From NCBI GenBank assembly GCA_963762745.1, contig CAVXMB010000005.1:72283-136282 (forward strand): DNA of 64,000 bases. Reading direction: 5' to 3'. This document shows positions 61,813 to 64,000 of the stretch, one piece after another (the first letter of the stretch is position 1; the number at the start of each line of letters is the position of its first letter). The translations under genes and the position numbers were made by a program. The notes under the pieces are model-generated. The model searched no databases and was not told the DNA's origin. It saw only the letters and a list, made by a program, of their open reading frames with translations. Origin of the DNA: an uncultured Actinomycetota bacterium. Lineage in GTDB: Bacteria > Actinomycetota > UBA4738 > HRBIN12.

Positions 61813-63752
61813 CCCAGGCGGTGCCCTTCGGCGCCTGGGGCTCGCCCATCAGCGCCGAGATGGTCTCTGTCGGCGGTGTCGCCTTGTCGGCGCCGTGGCT
61901 CGAGGACGGCTCCGTGTACTGGCGGGAAAGCAGGCCCGCCGAGGGCGGACGGTCGGTCCTGATGCAGGCAGCGCCGTTCTCGGAGCCGGTCGAGGTGACC
62001 CCGCGCGGCTTCAACGTCCGGACGACCGTCCACGAGTACGGCGGCGGTGCCTACCTGATCCACCGGGGCACGGCGTTCTTCTCGAACTATGCGGACCAGC
62101 GGCTCTACCGTCGAGACGTCGGCACGGATCCGGTGCCGATCACGCCGGAGTCCGGCGGCCGGGATCGATACGCGGACGGACGGGTCACGCCCGACGGGCG
62201 ACGGCTCGTCTGCGTGCGCGAGCGGCACCCCGACCCCGACGATCCGTCCGGCGTCACCAACGAGCTGGTGGCGATGCCCCCCGACGGATCGGCGGAGCCG
62301 GCAGTGATCCGCTCGGGCCGCGACTTCTACTCCACGCCCCGGGTCTCACCCGACGGCTCGATGCTCAGCTGGCTCGAGTGGGACCTGCCCTGGATGCCCT
62401 GGGACGGATGCGAGGTCTTCGTGGGCGAACTCAGCGACGACGGCTCGCTCGAGCATGTGCGGCAGGTCGCCGGCCGGGCCGGCGAAGAGTCGATCTTCCA
62501 GCCCGCGTGGAGCCCGGCCGGTGACCTGCACTTCGTGTCCGACCGGACCGGCTGGTGGAACCTCTACCGGGAGCGCGACGGCGAGGCGCGGGCGCTGCAT
62601 CCCGCCGAAGCGGAGTTCGGCTGGCCGCAGTGGCTCTTGGGGATGGGTGCGTACGGTTTCCTTGGCGACGGGAGGATCGCCTGCCTGTGGGAGCGCGACG
62701 GCGTGCAGCACCTGGCGATCCTGGACCCCGAGACGGGTGAGCTGATCGATCTGGATCTGCCGTACTCAGCGATGTGGCCGGACCTGGACGTGGAGGGAGA
62801 CCGGGTGGCGTTCGTGGGAGGGGGTCCGTCGATCCCGGACCACGTGGTGCTCCTGGACGTCACCGCCCGCTCGGTCGACGTGCTGCGGTCGTCATCGTCG
62901 GTCGATGTCGACGAGACCTTCTTCTCGGTCCCTCGCCAGATCGAGTTCCCGACCGAGGACGGGGCGACCGCGTTCGCGCACTTCTATCCGCCCCGGAACC
63001 GAGACGCGACCGGGCCACCCGGCGAACGGCCGCCACTCATCGTGAAGAGCCACGGCGGACCGACGGCCGAGGCGATTCCGAGCTTCGATCTCGAGACGCA
63101 GTTCTGGACGAGCCGTGGCTTCGCGCTCGTGGACGTGAACTACGGTGGGAGCACCGGCTTCGGGCGTGCGTATCGGCAGCGTCTGAACGGCAACTGGGGC
63201 ATCGTCGACACGGCCGACTGCATCAACGCCGCCAGATGGCTGGGGGCGCAGGGCGAGGTCGACGGGGATCGGCTCCTGATCACCGGGGGCAGCGCCGGCG
63301 GGTACACGACCCTGTGCGCGCTCACCATGCACGAAGGGTTCGCGGCCGGCACCAGCTACTTCGGTCTGGCCGATCTCGAGGCGTTCGTCGGCGGCGGCAC
63401 GCACAAGTTCGAGTCCCGCTACCTGTTCTCGCTCGTCGGTCCCTATCCGGAAGCGGCCGAGAAGTACCGGTCCCGATCGCCGATCCACTCCACGGACGGG
63501 ATCTCCTGCCCGATGCTGCTGCTCCAGGGGTCGGAGGACCGGGTCGTGCCGCCGGCGCAGGCGGAGATCATGGTGGAGGTCCTCAAGGAGAAGGGGCTGC
63601 CGTACGCCTACGTGCTGTTCGAGGGCGAGCAGCACGGGTTCCGGAAGGCGGAGTCGACCCGCAGCGCGTTGGAGGCGGAGCTTTCCTTCTACGCACAGGT
63701 CCTGGGGTTCGAACGCGACGACGTGCCGACGCTGCGGATCGAGAATCTGTAG
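61809..63752 (+). CDS. S9-family serine peptidase (beta-propeller + alpha/beta-hydrolase)
   Basis: GTG 61809 (GTGA overlap) within track ORF 60855-63752. Catalytic triad context GGSAGGY, GSEDRVVP and EGEQHGF. Confidence 0.9.
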   Translation: MTQAVPFGAWGSPISAEMVSVGGVALSAPWLEDGSVYWRESRPAEGGRSVLMQAAPFSEPVEVTPRGFNVRTTVHEYGGGAYLIHRGTAFFSNYADQRLYRRDVGTDPVPITPESGGRDRYADGRVTPDGRRLVCVRERHPDPDDPSGVTNELVAMPPDGSAEPAVIRSGRDFYSTPRVSPDGSMLSWLEWDLPWMPWDGCEVFVGELSDDGSLEHVRQVAGRAGEESIFQPAWSPAGDLHFVSDRTGWWNLYRERDGEARALHPAEAEFGWPQWLLGMGAYGFLGDGRIACLWERDGVQHLAILDPETGELIDLDLPYSAMWPDLDVEGDRVAFVGGGPSIPDHVVLLDVTARSVDVLRSSSSVDVDETFFSVPRQIEFPTEDGATAFAHFYPPRNRDATGPPGERPPLIVKSHGGPTAEAIPSFDLETQFWTSRGFALVDVNYGGSTGFGRAYRQRLNGNWGIVDTADCINAARWLGAQGEVDGDRLLITGGSAGGYTTLCALTMHEGFAAGTSYFGLADLEAFVGGGTHKFESRYLFSLVGPYPEAAEKYRSRSPIHSTDGISCPMLLLQGSEDRVVPPAQAEIMVEVLKEKGLPYAYVLFEGEQHGFRKAESTRSALEAELSFYAQVLGFERDDVPTLRIENL

Positions 63753-63760
63753 AGGCCGCC

Positions 63761-64000
63761 TCAGCCGCCGATCATCGACATCGAGCGCTCGGGCTGGACG
63801 AAGTCGGGGTGGTTGATCCGATGCCCGGACCACTTCGACCACAACCCCTGCCTGATCGAAAGCGCGATCTCGTCGTCGGAAGCACCTTCGCGGAGCGGCG
63901 TCCGCAGGTCGGTCTCGTCCAACGCGAACAGACAGTTCCGGAACATCCCCTCGGCGGTGAGCCGGAGCCGGTTGCACGTGTCGCAGAACGGCTCCGTGAC
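63761..64000 (-). CDS. moaA: GTP 3',8-cyclase MoaA, C-terminal part (5' end outside the window)
   Basis: Minus-strand translation to the window edge: VTEPFCDTCNRLRLTAEGMFRNCLFALDETDLRTPLREG...SKWSGHRINHPDFVQPERSMSMIGG*. CxxCNRLRLTA-G...CLF is the MoaA C-terminal cluster motif. Confidence 0.85.
   Translation of the reverse strand, partial: VTEPFCDTCNRLRLTAEGMFRNCLFALDETDLRTPLREGASDDEIALSIRQGLWSKWSGHRINHPDFVQPERSMSMIGG

Overview
Very GC-rich, actinobacterial-type chromosomal segment. Third codon positions are almost all G/C, and every real gene casts a long Arg/Gly/Pro-rich shadow ORF on the opposite strand. I support about 70 coding regions, two tRNA-Thr genes, a CIRCE operator, three strong terminator hairpins and a few candidate promoters.

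Backbone: 14.2-33.3 kb and 39.3-45.1 kb carry the conserved Gram-positive housekeeping block. Its order is DUF2342 metalloprotease, tilS, hpt, ftsH, folE, folP, folB, folK, panC, coaX, lysS, clpC, then radA, carD, PIN/TRAM (YacL-like), ispD, ispF and a TrmH/RlmB-like methyltransferase. The right third holds DUF4012, a GAF/PAS kinase, DUF3263, LytR_C, Rrf2, acs, groEL, an NlpC/P60 hydrolase, two S9 peptidases and a moaA 3' end.

Two lineage-specific blocks stand out.
1. 0-14.2 kb holds three paralogous polytopic NarL-partner histidine kinases and two NarL-type regulators, one running into a class III cyclase domain. It also has four USP domains in three different fusion contexts, including a USP-USP-Rieske-FAD/NAD reductase and a USP-UbiB kinase, plus a membrane-anchored cupredoxin and a stand-alone cNMP-binding protein. 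I rate this the best candidate for an undescribed stress/redox signalling system.
2. 33.4-39.2 kb is an all-minus-strand block sitting between clpC and radA. It carries a RIO kinase, a non-canonical cyclase, a beta-propeller, a small repeat protein, an ECF sigma with a TolB-like anti-sigma, and two gene remnants.

At least five reading-frame disruptions are visible, all in accessory genes. Sequencing indels and real pseudogenes cannot be told apart without reads. I saw no CRISPR array, transposase, integrase or phage genes. All family names are by-eye motif recognition and need HMM or BLAST confirmation.
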